Source: Paragordius varius
Taxonomy: Eukaryota; Animalia; Nematomorpha
Length of the DNA stretch: 64,000 nt
NCBI GenBank assembly: GCA_964247055.1
Contig: OZ176055.1
Location: forward strand, 2,480,001 to 2,544,000
Reading direction: 5' to 3'
The notes beneath the pieces are model-generated. The model was not told the origin of the DNA. It worked only from the letters and a program-made list of their open reading frames with translations, and ran no database searches. How positions within the stretch are numbered: the stretch's first letter is position 1; each line of letters opens with the position of its first letter. Below are positions 1 to 13,068 of the stretch, one piece after another. A program made the translations under genes and the position numbers.

Positions 1-2
1 AA

Positions 3-597
3 TCTGCTGTCTTATTTAATGAGGATAATTCCCATGGAATGAAACGCACGGAAGTTGTTTGTAAAAATGTAAGTATCAAGTATATAACCTCTTTTGTGGT
101 TTTTCAAAGTTAGCGTAACTTTTGTGATTAGATTTTTTTATTTTTTGACCAAACTAAGCATTTTTTTAGCGAAGTACAACTCTTATTTTTTAAAAATAAT
201 TAAACTGTAGTCACCTATCTTAATTGTTATTTAGTATTTTCTTATTTTTTGAATTATTTAAACTTTAAATCTAAATTAGGTTAATGCTATTTTATAGCAC
301 AATTTTATATTATGCATATTAATAAATAGAATTTCATAAAAGATCTCGATATCCCTTTATTTATTATGAATGTTAAAACATTTTTAAGGCTTTTAAATTA
401 TTTTTTACCAAAGTTTTAGTCAATTATAATTAAGTGTCTTTAATATAAAAAATAATACATTTTTAATGACTTTTATCATAAATTTATAGTGTGGTTCTCA
501 TCTTGGACATATTTTTAATGATGGACCAACAGATACCGGAATGCGGTATTGCATCAACAGTGCGTGTCTTAAATTTTCGGACAAAAAAGAAAAATGA
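3..597 (+). CDS. MSRB: Methionine-R-sulfoxide reductase MsrB, last two exons (3-68, 490-597); 5' part lies outside the window
   Basis: The spliced translation [22 protein letters not shown]|[35 protein letters not shown] contains the MsrB motifs SHGMxRTEV, CxxC, HLGHxFxDGP and RYCINS. The intron 69-489 is GT..AG, phase 0. Confidence 0.95.
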
Positions 598-1299
598 ATT
601 CATAGGGTCGACAATTAGTTTAACGAAAATACATATGCTTATATTGACAACTAAATTGGATTAAATTATGCAATATATATTAAAATTTATATACATAGAC
701 CTTATTGTAGATGTACACAAATTTAAATTTGGCAAATTTATATCTTTACTCTAAATAAATTTCGTTAAATTATTTAATTTTTGTACGATAATTGGATGCC
801 TTTTAATTTAGGTTTTAGGAAATCTTGGATTAAGAAATATATATCTTTAAATATTTCGGGAAATTTGGAGATTTACAAAAATAGCGTCATGGCTAATAAC
901 GAAAGATCAAGATACAAAATAATTTTTTAATTTTAAATCATGAAGAATATAACTCAAAATTTTTTTAGATTTGTATGCATCTTTGTTGCTAATTTTACAT
1001 ATAAAACCCTTGATAAAATTTCTCTTGAAAATACCCAATCAATAGCTTAATTGCACTTGAAAAATTTGTATAGATACAAAAAAACATGTTTGTAACATTT
1101 TATTCACTTGGATTACTAGTTTTTCAAAATTTTTTAACCAATTTTTAAAATAATTTCTAAGTTAGCCAAAATGTGATTAAAAATCAATATTATATTTAAA
1201 AAAATATAAAGGATGCTCAGTATTTATTTAAACTAATTGTCTACTATAAAAATTAAACATATATTGTATCAAACAATATATATATAAGAATCAATTAAG

Positions 1300-1496
1300 T
1301 TAATATGTCATTTCACACTTTTCAACTGAAATATGGAGAGGTTTGCATGAAAACTCCTTACCCACAATCTTCATTGATCCAAGCACCATGGCTAAACTTT
1401 CTTTTAATGGCTCACTAAGCTTGAATGGACTGTTATTGTCACAATATCTCTTGTAATAAAATGCATATGAACATACATAAATTAAAAGTAGAATTG
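1300..1496 (-). CDS. Possible terminal exon of a small orphan protein (hydrophobic N-terminus, several Cys)
   Basis: 65 open codons after an AG acceptor: AILLLIYVCSYAFYYKRYCDNNSPFKLSEPLKESLAMVLGSMKIVGKEFSCKPLHISVEKCEMTY*. No start exon found and no homology recognised. Confidence 0.3.
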
Positions 1497-1637
1497 CTAT
1501 ACGTTTAAACTTTCAGATGTGTTACTGACACATTTATATATACTTTTCGTTTTACTAGAGATACTGTTTAGTGAAAGTTTAATATTTTTATACATGGTTT
1601 GTAAAATTAGGGCATACACTCCGGATTAATAAACATA

Positions 1638-1800
1638 CAGTGTGCATTTTGGTTCTTTCACTATATTAGGGCAATTTGCAACACAGTAGTGTAGAGAAAA
1701 AACGACAAAATGTTAAATAAACAATTTTTTTGATCTTTTTTCCTTACACTCCTGTGTTGGAAATGGCCCATGAAATAATCAACCATTAAAATGCATACTG
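1638..1800. mobile_element. Tc1/mariner-like MITE, family A (second copy 46615-46774)
   Basis: Termini CAGTGTGCATTTT..AAAATGCATACTG flanked by TA on both sides. Internal inverted arms gggcaatttgcaacacagtagtgt / acactcctgtgttggaaatggccc. A clearly similar copy lies at 46615-46774. Confidence 0.75.
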
Positions 1801-2754
1801 TATTTCAAATTTATGTTACCAACCAAAACATAAAGCGAAAATTATTTTCGCACCGGTTCCATTGTTTCTTGGTCAGAGGGCGGTTATATCAGTTATAACC
1901 GATAATCCAATTTTTCTAATGAATGTTAGCCTTAAAAACCAAGGTATACGCCAAAAAAATTTATTGTATGCCACTTATCGTTTAAAAGTTAATATATGTC
2001 GATTTAAAAGTTAACATTGTATTTGAAGGTATAGATTATAAAAATAATATTTCTTTCTCGTGATTCATTTGATTTTTTGCTTATTGCGAAAAATTGGAAT
2101 TATTATGGGAATGCATAAAAGTACTGCAATCGGTTTTGATTTATCAATTTCCCCTAGTGTTTCTCTGCTATTTTTTTACTGGTCAATCCTTTAAAAATAT
2201 TTTTTTCTCATATTCCACTGTATCATTGGAATTAAAGATTTTTTACCCGAAAACCATTCAAATTTTTACATGCTACAATTATTTTAAATTAATTATTTCT
2301 ATATAGCAATGTAAATATGGGTTTACATCCTCTATATGGGTAGTATCAATACAATGATATATGAAGCAAGTTTAATTAAAAGATGGTTTATTTTAAACCA
2401 GAAACACATGTCAAAAAATGAATGTTAAACACATAATTAAGCGTAATTTAAAGGAGAAAAGTAGCATTAAACTACGGATTTTGATCGTTTTTATTGCAAA
2501 AAATAAAATTAATAATTTTAATTTTTGTACTACTTCACTTACATTTAGTATCTGTTTTAATCCAGATTTTGTCTTTCAGTCCCAATATTTTTAGTAGCCA
2601 TCTATATATATATATATGATCATAAATATTGTATTATTAATCAAGCTTATCATTAATAAAAATTTTATATATAGTAGCGTATGGCATAAAACAATGTTAG
2701 TCGATAATAGAATAAAAAAATGTTTATTTTAAAAACAACCCTAGTTCCACAAAC

Positions 2755-3423
2755 TAGGGTTGTGCATTTGACTGCTTTTTCGAAAAAGTCCGGTCGGTCC
2801 ATGGTCATGACCACGGTCATGATCACTTTACTTATTTAAATACCATGTAATATTAAATTGTGAAAATAATGTTTGAACGACACTGGCGTTTTACTTGTCA
2901 TGTTTTTTCTTAAAAGTTTATATTTACAATATTTTCAATCAATAATCAAGAGAAAATTAATTTTGTCACATTCTTGTGACCTTCTTAATCTTCAAATTCA
3001 TAGCTTTTTTGGATCTTTCAAAAAAAATAAAACCTAATTTGTTTTACACTTTCTTTCATCATTGAAATATCCAATTATAAAATGTTTTTGCATTTTATTG
3101 GTTCATATATTATATATTTATATATATATATATATATATATAGATTAATCGCATGTTTTGCAAAATGCTTGATTGTTTTCAAAATAACTGGATATCCAAA
3201 TGCTAATGTTATAAGGATGCATGTTTAACAAATTTATATTGTTAAATAAGCTATCTAAATATTTAATTTATATTTTTTCAAAAGTAAATTAAAAAGCCAT
3301 GAAGTCTTACTATCTTCCTTAATTTACCAGCATTTTTTTACAAAAAACAGCTGTTTTTTAAATGACCATGGTCAAAAAATAAATAGTCACTGACCGGGTC
3401 ATGACTTGGTCAGCACAACCCTA
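2755..3423. mobile_element. hAT-type MITE, family B, copy 1
   Basis: TIR TAGGGTTGTGC..GCACAACCCTA; 8-bp flanks ccacaaac/gcacaaac (7/8 match); subterminal ggtcatga repeats; near-full-length similarity to 9627-10300. Confidence 0.85.
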
Positions 3424-3735
3424 GCACAAACACATATCCATATTACCCCATGGTTTTTCAAAAAAAAATTTAATCTTTTATTAAACTTTCTTTTATGCCA
3501 TATGTATACAACAAAAGTAACATTAATTTATTTACATTGGCTGATTTTATGGCTCGTTGTATCAGATCAATATTTCGGAATGTATCATTACATTCAATAT
3601 CTGGATAAATAAAAACCATTTAAAAATTTAAAAATATTTTTGAGCAAAAAATTACAGCGGCTTACTCTTCATAGGTAACAGTTCCAAGCCACAAGTTATT
3701 GCTAAATTAATGGTATATATATATATATATATATA

Positions 3736-4008
3736 TACCATTTACACTTCAAAATTCACCCTTAAATTCAAATTCGTCCTAAAAATAAAATGTGATTGGG
3801 TCTAATATAATTTGTCATTAATATGATTATTTCTTTATGGTATGGTCGATTATTTTTTCAATATTATGGTAATATTAACGAAATTTCATTTTTAAAAATA
3901 TAAAAAATATAAGTAGTTTTTTATTCGAAAACACTTAGTTTATTTAAGGATGATTTTGATTTGTTCAAGGGTGAATAAATTGTTCAAGGAATTTGAATGT
4001 ACATGGTA
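3736..4008. mobile_element. TA-flanked MITE, family C (other copies 45642-45819, ~51410-51676, 52175-52696, ~59965-60226)
   Basis: Termini TACCATTT..AAATGGTA with repeated cacccttgaacaattc / gggtgaatttgaa motifs. The copy at 52175-52696 has a perfect 29-bp TIR (taccatttgcacttcaagagtgtccttga). Copies often sit next to (TA)n. Confidence 0.75.
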
Positions 4009-4503
4009 TATATAAAGTAAAAGATCAAATCATGCGAACAAACGTAAAATAATTTTTTTTCTAAAAAATAACCATATTTTAAAAATTGTTTTTTTAATAT
4101 TACTTATCGTTTGGGTCGAACAAACAAGGAAATAGGGATGTAAATTGTTTTTGATTATATCATTTATATTGTAGTTATATAGTTTACATAAAAACATAAA
4201 AAATGTGTAGCAAGTAGTCTTTTAAATAAAACATTTGTCTTTATGTTTTTACATTTTGTCTGTATAATAAATATGTTTTTCTCAAAACAAACAAATAAAT
4301 TCAACTTACATGAAAGTTGAATTAAATCCAAAGTTTATTATTGGCAAGAGGCTATAAAAATAAATATTCAAATTATTACAATATATAGGTATAAATATCG
4401 CTGAAAATATTTTTAATGATACATAAGTATGGGGTGAACCTGAATTAAATATATTATAACAATATGATTTTAATTCGAAAATGATTTTATAAAAAAGCGG
4501 TTT

Positions 4504-4753
4504 TCATTTATGGGAGTTAGTATTAGTACCCGGTCTTATATTGGTTAAATTAACCAATTTGCTTTAAAGTTTCAAATATTTAATTAAAAATCACGAAAAA
4601 AAATATATTATACTCAACATCTGCTTGGTTGGTATATTTTTCAGTTGGGGTGTTTATTAAATCATATATGTTAGATAAAAAGCTTTGTGCATCAGGTTGT
4701 GGATTTATCTGCATATTTGTAATCATTATTATTGTGTAGAGCAATATTCTCAT
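4504..4753 (-). CDS. Possible two-exon short ORF (4753-4614, 4561-4504), or the tail of the M13-like gene
   Basis: ATG..GA|gt, a 52-nt intron, then ag|C..TGA gives MRILLYTIIMITNMQINPQPDAQSFLSNIYDLINTPTEKYTNQADVDKLVNLTNIRPGTNTNSHK*. No homology recognised. Confidence 0.25.
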
Positions 4754-5318
4754 AAAACATTAAAAAATTAATTGTCGTTTAATCTAAGTAGTTGAAATTT
4801 ACTCAATTAATGACATTCAAAATTAATATTTAAACGGCTAACAGAAACTTCATTACATTTTTGTTTTTTTGCACATATGACATTGGGTAATTTTGCACCA
4901 GCGCTTTATCTTGACTACTGTATTTATAGTTGTCTTAGTTAAATTTTATTAACAAACATTTTTTTCCCGTTTAAAAAATTTTATATTACTTCTATAATCT
5001 TAAATTATGGCAGCCCTAAAACATTGAAATAAACAGCTGATTTTAAAATCACCTAGAAATGTTTGCTGGTAAAATATAACCTGAAAGCTTTTTTAAGTTA
5101 ATTATTTTCATTTTACTAGCCCGTTGTCTTAGCAATCGAAAAAATTTAAGGAAAAAAATGTCGGCGAAAAAATTTGATTTGAAATGATGTTTTCTTACAT
5201 TTTGTAAAAAATATTAAAAGCATGCGCCTAAAAAAGAAAGCATATTTTAAACTTGGCCATATAATTGTTTAAGTTTTTAATCGCACTGGGATATGAAACT
5301 ACCCAGGTAAATTAGTAC

Positions 5319-8306
5319 CCTTTTCTATCATATTTATTTTTTTCGAGATCGAATGCGACGGCATATAATAACAAATCTAAAAATTGAATTCTGTGTGTTA
5401 TACATTTGCACTATATAAATTAGTGAACCATGGTTATAAAAAATATTACATAATAAATATTAGACATAATCATCATTCTATCATTTGGTAACTATTAAAG
5501 GACCATTTTCCCTTTTAATCGATTAAAACCAATCAATAAATCCAGATGGTATAATATAACAATATTGAATATATTTTACTGCTTTTACAATAAAAAATTC
5601 GTAAATAGAACGGAAAAATATGCTTTATTTGAAATTTATAAATATCTTTTATTCCAAAAATAAACCTATAAAGCACGCAAATATTTCATAAAAGTTATTA
5701 TGTCTTCCATGATACAAACGCTGTTGTAACTTAATGCGCTAAAATTCTAATTTTATCAAAACTATCATTATAATAGGTAAACGCCCATCCCATATATTAT
5801 TAACAGGTCACCCCGTTTTTTAAAAATAGGGGTGCTATTTATGTTGAAAAATTCATAATCAAGGTTAGAGAGGAGCAGCATACTGTATGTGTCTTCAAAC
5901 ATTATAAATTAAAAATATAAAATATAATACCAATTCTATAGCTTGGTGTGGTGGAACAAACATATTTGACAAAGTTTCTTTAAGCTAAAAAGTATGATAA
6001 ATATTTATTTTAGATACAGTTTATTATACCGATGTGTTTAGTTTGTCATATAGTTTTTCCAGCTGATTGGCATCAATATATTCCTTTGTTAGACTTGTAA
6101 GCTAAGTTAAACAAAAATTTAAAATTAAATCCATCAATTTACTGTAAAAATTAAAATTATATGGACAAAACGTAAAAATTAGAAAACCATTTTATCTAAA
6201 AAGCAACCATACTTTTTTAAATGATTTTTTTTCTACATAAATTACTAAATTAACAATTTCAAATTATACAATTAAGTGTATTAACTATTTACATCCCTAT
6301 TCTTTGAATCCAAATTATATATATTTAAAATCAATAAGACCTATAATTGTATTTAGGATAAATATTTGTCTTTTAGCTTTTATGTTTTGTCCTTTACTGT
6401 TATGGTCAGTTTATTATTGTTAATGATACCTTGTCGAAATTTGAATGGATCGAATTAATTATTAGATATGTATCTAACTCCACTTGTTCGGATAGGAGCA
6501 TATTAACGCACCTTGCCCTTAGGTTTGTGGAATTGAAATATTTTTGATCATCAATTAATGTTGATTGATGATCCATCCAAGATGGAGCTACATATGGCGC
6601 TAATTCGTTAGCCGTGTACAAGATCAAAAAATCTTTCAACATTCTATCCATAGTAAAAATTGAAATTATACGGACAAACGTAAAAATGAAAAGACAAATC
6701 TTTTTATCATAAGTCAACCATACTTTTTAAACCTTAATCATATATAATCCTTTAATAATATCGTAAATATATAATTGATTTTGTTACCAATTTTCATCTC
6801 TATTTTGTACTTTTTAGTTTAAGACAATTAGTTATATTTTAAAATTTAAAATTTTTCACTTTTTGTCCGTATAGAGGCTGGGGGGGATAGGGGAACTCAT
6901 ACAACGGGGGCCATAGTTAAAGAGGCGCCGGATTTTAAATTTTTTTATTTTTTTTAAAAAAATAGGTATTTAAAATGTATTATTTAGATATAAAAAAATC
7001 ACCCTTTTATGAAAGGTCATGTCCACGGTTTGAATTTTGAATTAATTTTTAAAATGCAAGGGGTTGCATGGAAGGGGAGGGGAGCCTGAAACGCAAGCTA
7101 TGCCGCTGCCGTATAATTTCAATTTTTACTAGATACCCTTCGTCACAATGAATTAAACTATACAATTTCCCGTTTTTAAAATAAATTCTTATTTGTCCAT
7201 TACTTTTTACTGTTTGAATAAAGGTTTCAAAATTTTTAAATGCATTTGCAAAATTGTTAAGTATAATTAATGCCTTTCAATCAGATTTAACACATAATTA
7301 ACATATCGGTTATGGCTTTATTTCAACATCTAACCATTAATAAAGGCAGGGAGCTGTTTAATTTACAGTCTTAAGCAGTTATTGAAAGCCGAACCACATG
7401 TAACCAGATAAAAGCAAATTTGACCAATTGTTTTGATTTTATAATGCTGTTGATAATGTAGATAATTATCAAATTTTAAAATTATATTTTTGGGCAGATT
7501 ATGACATGTTTAAAATTTTAACAGTTCTTACCAAATTACAGTTGCTTTAAGATAAGTTTAAGAGGGATTTTTAAAACATAATACGTTGTATTTTTTAGGA
7601 AGTAGGATCCAATAAAAGTGCCATATTCTTCAGTAAACTTGGAATTGTAATCAAAATATTTTATCCTATCCGCGCACACGAAACCATGTTTTTGCCAATT
7701 TTTTCTCATTACAGAATAGGCAATTTTCTGAATGCAAAAAATCAATAAATATATCAATGATAACACCCACATACTATGGATGGAAAATATCATAAATTAT
7801 TTTAATTAATTATAAGAAAAATGTGTCTTCAGAGCGGTCAAAAAAAATATTATGATAAAATATATATTTGAGATAAAAATTATAATGCTAATGATAGGTT
7901 TTGAGCTAGATACTTTTTAAAAAATAATTACATGTGCTAATTGCTTTGTATCAAAAAGTTGTTAATGCAAACTAGCTTAAAATAATTTTAATGAAGATGT
8001 TTTATATTCCAAACAATATTAAAATGTATCATTTACATTGAAGAAAAAACCAACATTTATATATCTTTTAGATGTGCTAAATCTCATCCTCCCAAATTGA
8101 ATATAAATTTTATTTGTTAAATATGTTTATAGAAATGTATTTTGATTATTTTTGTGAAATAAATTATATCATCTCAAAAAATTTTTATTTTGCATATTGT
8201 ATCCGTTAATTCGATTTTTTATACTGAAACATTGAGCTTGAAATGGAAACGTTTTGTTAATGACTCGTAAGCCCTAAAACCAAAACACCGTAAATATTTA
8301 ATTCAT

Positions 8307-8372
<66 letters not shown>

Positions 8373-11208
8373 GTATAATCAAGATATTCTTTTGGGTAAA
8401 TTATTTGTGTAAATTCTCACCTTATAAATCAACTTTGGATCATTAATTTTGGCTTCCTATATAAAAGAAAATATATATAAACAAATTAAATCAAAATATA
8501 TAAATTATTTAAAAATGCATCATAATTAAATTTATAGATCCTTAATTATAATAAAATAATAATACTTTCTCCCAATCATCTATGAAGCTTATATCAGTAC
8601 AATTTACGTCACCTTTGGGGTTCATATCAAGCGTTATCTAGAATTAAAAAATAATATGAATTTATAATTTTTCTGAAAAAATGAAGTAAAACCTTTTTTA
8701 TGCGTACTTTATATAAGAGTTTACTCTTTTTACACAAATTTAATTTTTACCCACATCATTAATAATTTTATATCCAATAAAATTTTTTGTGATATTTTAA
8801 AATTTTTTATAAAATATATTTTTGCACATGTCTGAAACAGTCGTTTTAAATCCTTAGTTATAATGGGGGGGAATTTAACCCACAAGATTTTTTTTTACGT
8901 TTTAATGCCAACCAATAATAGGAGATAATATTTTAAAATTTAAAATTAAGACTATTTCAGTTTCTTGTGCAATCCAATGTACCTCATAAAATGAGATTTA
9001 ACTATACTTACCAGCAAAATTCTTAACCATATTTATAAATATAAAGTATATACGTTTTCTGCTGAATCTTTGGCCATATTTGTGAACATTTCTTTCATAG
9101 CTGGCCAATTCTCTTTCATACCACCCATTTCGTAAAACAAACGTTCCATCATTTTGATTTCTCTTTCCATTTTCACTTTATCAATAGCTATGTAGAGATC
9201 CAACATCCCTGCACTTTTAATTATCAACTCTGAAGCGTTTGACTGTGTTGTTGTATTAACTTTTTCAGAGTAATCAAACACTATCGGAGCGACTAGAAAG
9301 TTATCACTCATTATCTCAACAATTATATCAGCATCTTTCGACTCAAAATTTTCTCCGTTAACATAGGGTTTTTTACTAAACGATCCATACTTGCTCGTTA
9401 TGCCTTGAATTATTTGAATGGCGAAAGTATCGTTTTTACTTTCTATAGCACCATGATAAGCTTTACAGGATTCATATATGTCTTTAATATTTTGAGCATA
9501 TTGATTGTTGGGTATTGGCTCTTTTTCTTATATTTACAGTGTTATATAAATTATCAAGACTGAAAAAGTAAATTGGAACACATGATATTACATTTTAGAA
9601 AACATGAATAAAAATTAGCTTTAAACTAGGGTTAGGAATTTGACTGCTTTTTCAAAAAAGTCCGGTCAGATTCAGTCAGACGATGGCCATGATCACGTCA
9701 TGATCACTTTACTTATTTAAATACCATGCTATATTGTGAAAATAGAACGACAATTGCGTTTTACTAATCTCATGTTTTTTCTTAAAAGTTTATATTTTAC
9801 AGTTAATATTTACAATATTTTCAATCGAATTCAATCAAGAATTTTATTTTAAAATAAATTTTGCCACATTTTTGTGGCTTTCTTAATTTTCAAATTCATA
9901 GCTTTTAATATTGGATATTTCAAATAAAATTTTATCTAATTTGTTTTACACTTTCTTTCATCATTGAAATATCCAATTAAAATGTTTTTGCATTTTATTG
10001 GTTCATATATATATAGAATAATCGCATGTTTTGCAAAATGCTTGTTTGTTTTTCAAAATAACTGGATATGCTAAATGCTAATGTTATAAGGATGCATGTC
10101 ATGTATAACAATTATATATTGTTAGATAAGCATATTTAAATATTTAATTCATATTTTTTAAAAGTAAATTAAAATGAAGTCTTTTTATCTTTCTTCCATT
10201 ACCAGAAATTATTTTTAAAACAGCTGTTTTTTAAATGACCATGGTCATAAAATAAATAGTCACTGACCTACCGGGTCATGACTTGGTCAGCACAACCCTA
10301 CTTTAAATTTATATTAGTTTAATACATTTTATTTTTTTATGTTATATTTCTAGGACAATCATTCAACAATAATTTTATTTAGAGGCACTGAGGCTCTGAT
10401 ATAAAAAATCTAAGCGTGATAAAAGCAAAAACGGGAAAATTAATTTTCAATTTTCGCTACCTTTTGAAATATTAAAAATCGTTTTCATTTATACCAAACA
10501 TTTTTTAATCCCAAAATATATATTATAATTGATATATAAAGCGTTGATAGAGTTTTCGGAAAAATACTGTATGCAATAATTATATAAAAAATTATATATT
10601 GATGTCACAATTTTGGCATCATGCAATTTTTAGATATAGTTAACAGAAATGAGGAGTCAAAATCATGGTTATTTTGTCGTGAAATATATATATTTGTTTA
10701 TTTAAAAATAATTTTTAATAAATCAATTATTTTTATAACAATTAACTATAAGTTTGAAAGCCGATTGTTGATATGTTAAGGATCACATAATCTGAAATGG
10801 GCCTACCGTTTATATAAAAAATTTATTCCGTTTTATCGAAATCTACATGCAAATTTAAATCAATAGGTTAATCTTGAATCCATGGATTGATTGTTAATAA
10901 ATTTAAATATATTAACTTATAATCACAGCATCGCAATCTTAATTTTTAAGGAGGTAAAATGATACCTAGTTGTTGGATGTACATTTGGTAATCAAGTGGA
11001 AGTTGCCCAGATTTTAATTGTGAAACATCATTGCAATAATTTTCGATAGCATCTTTGCAGTATAGCTCTAATATTTTAAATTACAGTTTTTCTTGTTAAA
11101 TTTTAACGATATAAAATAAGACTTACCTTTGGAAACTTTAGCGTCCAAAAAATCAGGAATTGATCCTGAAAACACAATCAGGATGGATAAAAACATAGTA
11201 AGTTGCAT
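5319..11208 (-). CDS. Secreted, divergent M13 (neprilysin-like) protein; probably non-catalytic and possibly partly pseudogenised
   Basis: Phase-compatible exons 11208-11127 (signal peptide MQLTMFLSILIVFSGSIPDFLDA), 11067-10966, 9526-9054 and 8637-8566, plus further blocks near 7730-7590, 6645-6430 and 5400-5319. M13-like patches: IKDIYESCK (cf. AKxLYxSC), LKDFLILYTANELAPYV (cf. LANYLxWR..L.PYL), RARCVNM (cf. RWxxCV), IIPSGFI (cf. IxFPAGIL), AFDLEKNKYDRKG (cf. GFDDxGRxYDKxG). The 3' exons could not all be joined in frame. Confidence 0.4.
6651..7131. mobile_element. Tc1-like MITE, family D (copies 46077-46356, ~49266-49515, partial ~53084), interrupted by a GC-rich insertion at 6874-7108
   Basis: Shared ends cagtaaaaattgaaattatacggacaaaacg / ttttgtccgtataatttcaatttttactg. 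The insert is flanked by the direct repeat ccgtata (6867-6873 and 7109-7115). Confidence 0.65.
9627..10300. mobile_element. hAT-type MITE, family B, copy 2 (intronic in the M13-like gene)
   Basis: Starts TAGGGTTAGG, ends GCACAACCCTA; 8-bp flanks ctttaaac/ctttaaat (7/8 match); colinear with 2755-3423. Confidence 0.85.
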
Positions 11209-12714
11209 ATTAAGAATAAATTTATAAAAATAAAAATTTATATTAAAACACTTTCTCTGGAGCTATATTATATATCACAAGTCTACTATACAACGTCATT
11301 TCACATCCTTATCTAGTCTTCTTTTTTGTCCAAAATCTCTGATAATATAATTGTAAAAAATTTGGATTTTAAGAATTATTATGATATTAACGCTAAATAA
11401 TTAAAAAACTAAAACAACAGGGAACATGGTAGATTATTGTATAATCTTTAGTGAATATAGCTTACGCATGTAATAAATTATGTTGAAATTTTTTTTAAAA
11501 AAAGGGCCTTTGGCCTTTTGTATCATTATATTAAATCATTTAGTTTCTGAAAACTCGTTTATAAATATTATATAAATTGTTTTAGGTGGAAGTGATGTGC
11601 TTAAATTTGGATGGATGTCATAAAATTTGTAAGACATGTTATTGCATGAGACTTATTTTCGAAAAAATATGCTACAATAGAATTGAAAAAATTCCTATAA
11701 TATCACCTAAAAAATTATTTATAATAAAGTTACCTAGAATACTGACTGCAAAAATCTTTGTAACATAAAATTACTTGTTTGTAAACTCTATTACACACTC
11801 TAGAGTTTTGCATCGAAAAATTTTAACTTGTTAATATTGTAAAGTTGTAAATAATTTTTAATGCAATTTTTATCATATATGAGACAAAAGGCTTTATTTT
11901 TTACAGTTTTTCAATTTCTATTGTTTTATATTGTGATAGATCCAAAACTCGATTAAACAAACAGCTAATTTAATGAGACATATCGATATTTTCAATCTAA
12001 TTTAATTAATTTCCATAATTTATATTTCTATTATCCTAATTTTTGAAAATAAAGAAAAAAATGGCGATAAAAAGTTTGGGATGTGTTTAATTTTAAGTTT
12101 TTTAAAATTTATTAACACTTCACATTTTCACACTTTTGTCCTTGATAACATATTGAGGTTATATCTAAGAGCTAGTCTTATAATTGAATTATTGTTTCAA
12201 AGTTATTTTAGTTGAAATTTAATTATCAAAAATTTTCTCCTGTAATAGATGTAAAATATTTTTTACAGTTTTGTAATTAGAATCTATGGGACAGCACCTA
12301 ACATCATTTGAATATATAGGTCATAATTGAGTAATATCAAATTTTTCCTGGTAAAATATAATCTAAATGATTAAAATTAATCATATTTTCTAACCATAAT
12401 ATACATTTGCCTATTGTGTAAGCGATTTGAAAAAATCCAAGAAAAACAATGGAGGCCAAAAAGATTAAAATGATGATTTACATTTATTTTTCGGTATTAT
12501 GGGCTAAAAAAACTTATTTTTTAATTCGTCTTAATACCTTAATCACTTTTTAAGATATATAAAGTTTAAATGGCTCTCTGATATTAACCCCATGTTTATG
12601 TGAATTGTGAAAAATGCATTTTTTTAATTTGGTCCAATATCTGTGCTTTTTAAAATATAAAATAACAAGATATAATAACCCCAAAAGATATTTAAGTCCT
12701 AATATTTAGGCACA

Positions 12715-13053
12715 TGTTATGTATAATAACTAAATTGTTTTTGTTTATTGTTATGTCTGATATTTCGGTTCCTATTCGGCTCACCAAACTACCGAGATCA
12801 TGGCCTACCCTAATCTTCGTATTTGTCCCCTGACAGATCTGATCTAAGAACATCTCACTCAAGTGGACCTTTCTACGACCGCTAAACACAGGCACAGAGC
12901 ATAATTGGTTTGGGTTTGCTGCTAGAAAACCCGTTTGATTAGCAGAAGCTAATTTCGCGATAGGCCATGATCTCGGTAGTTTGGTGAGCCGAATAAGAAC
13001 CGAAATATCAGACATAACAATAAACAAAAACAATTAAGTTATTATACATAACA
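12715..13053. repeat. 339-bp foldback occupying the 3' LTR slot (93-bp inverted arms, 153-bp spacer)
   Basis: 12715-12807 is the reverse complement of 12961-13053 at 91/93 positions. It follows the purine tract AGATAGGAGA(TA) on the minus strand. Confidence 0.92.
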
Positions 13054-13068
13054 TATCTCCTATCTAAT

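Noticed and set aside
2094-2306. 70-aa plus-strand ORF (also 3406, 11586, 25826, 57385, 61374)
   Set aside because: TTG/GTG starts or low-complexity F/I/L/Y composition typical of AT-rich non-coding DNA; several overlap MITE ends.
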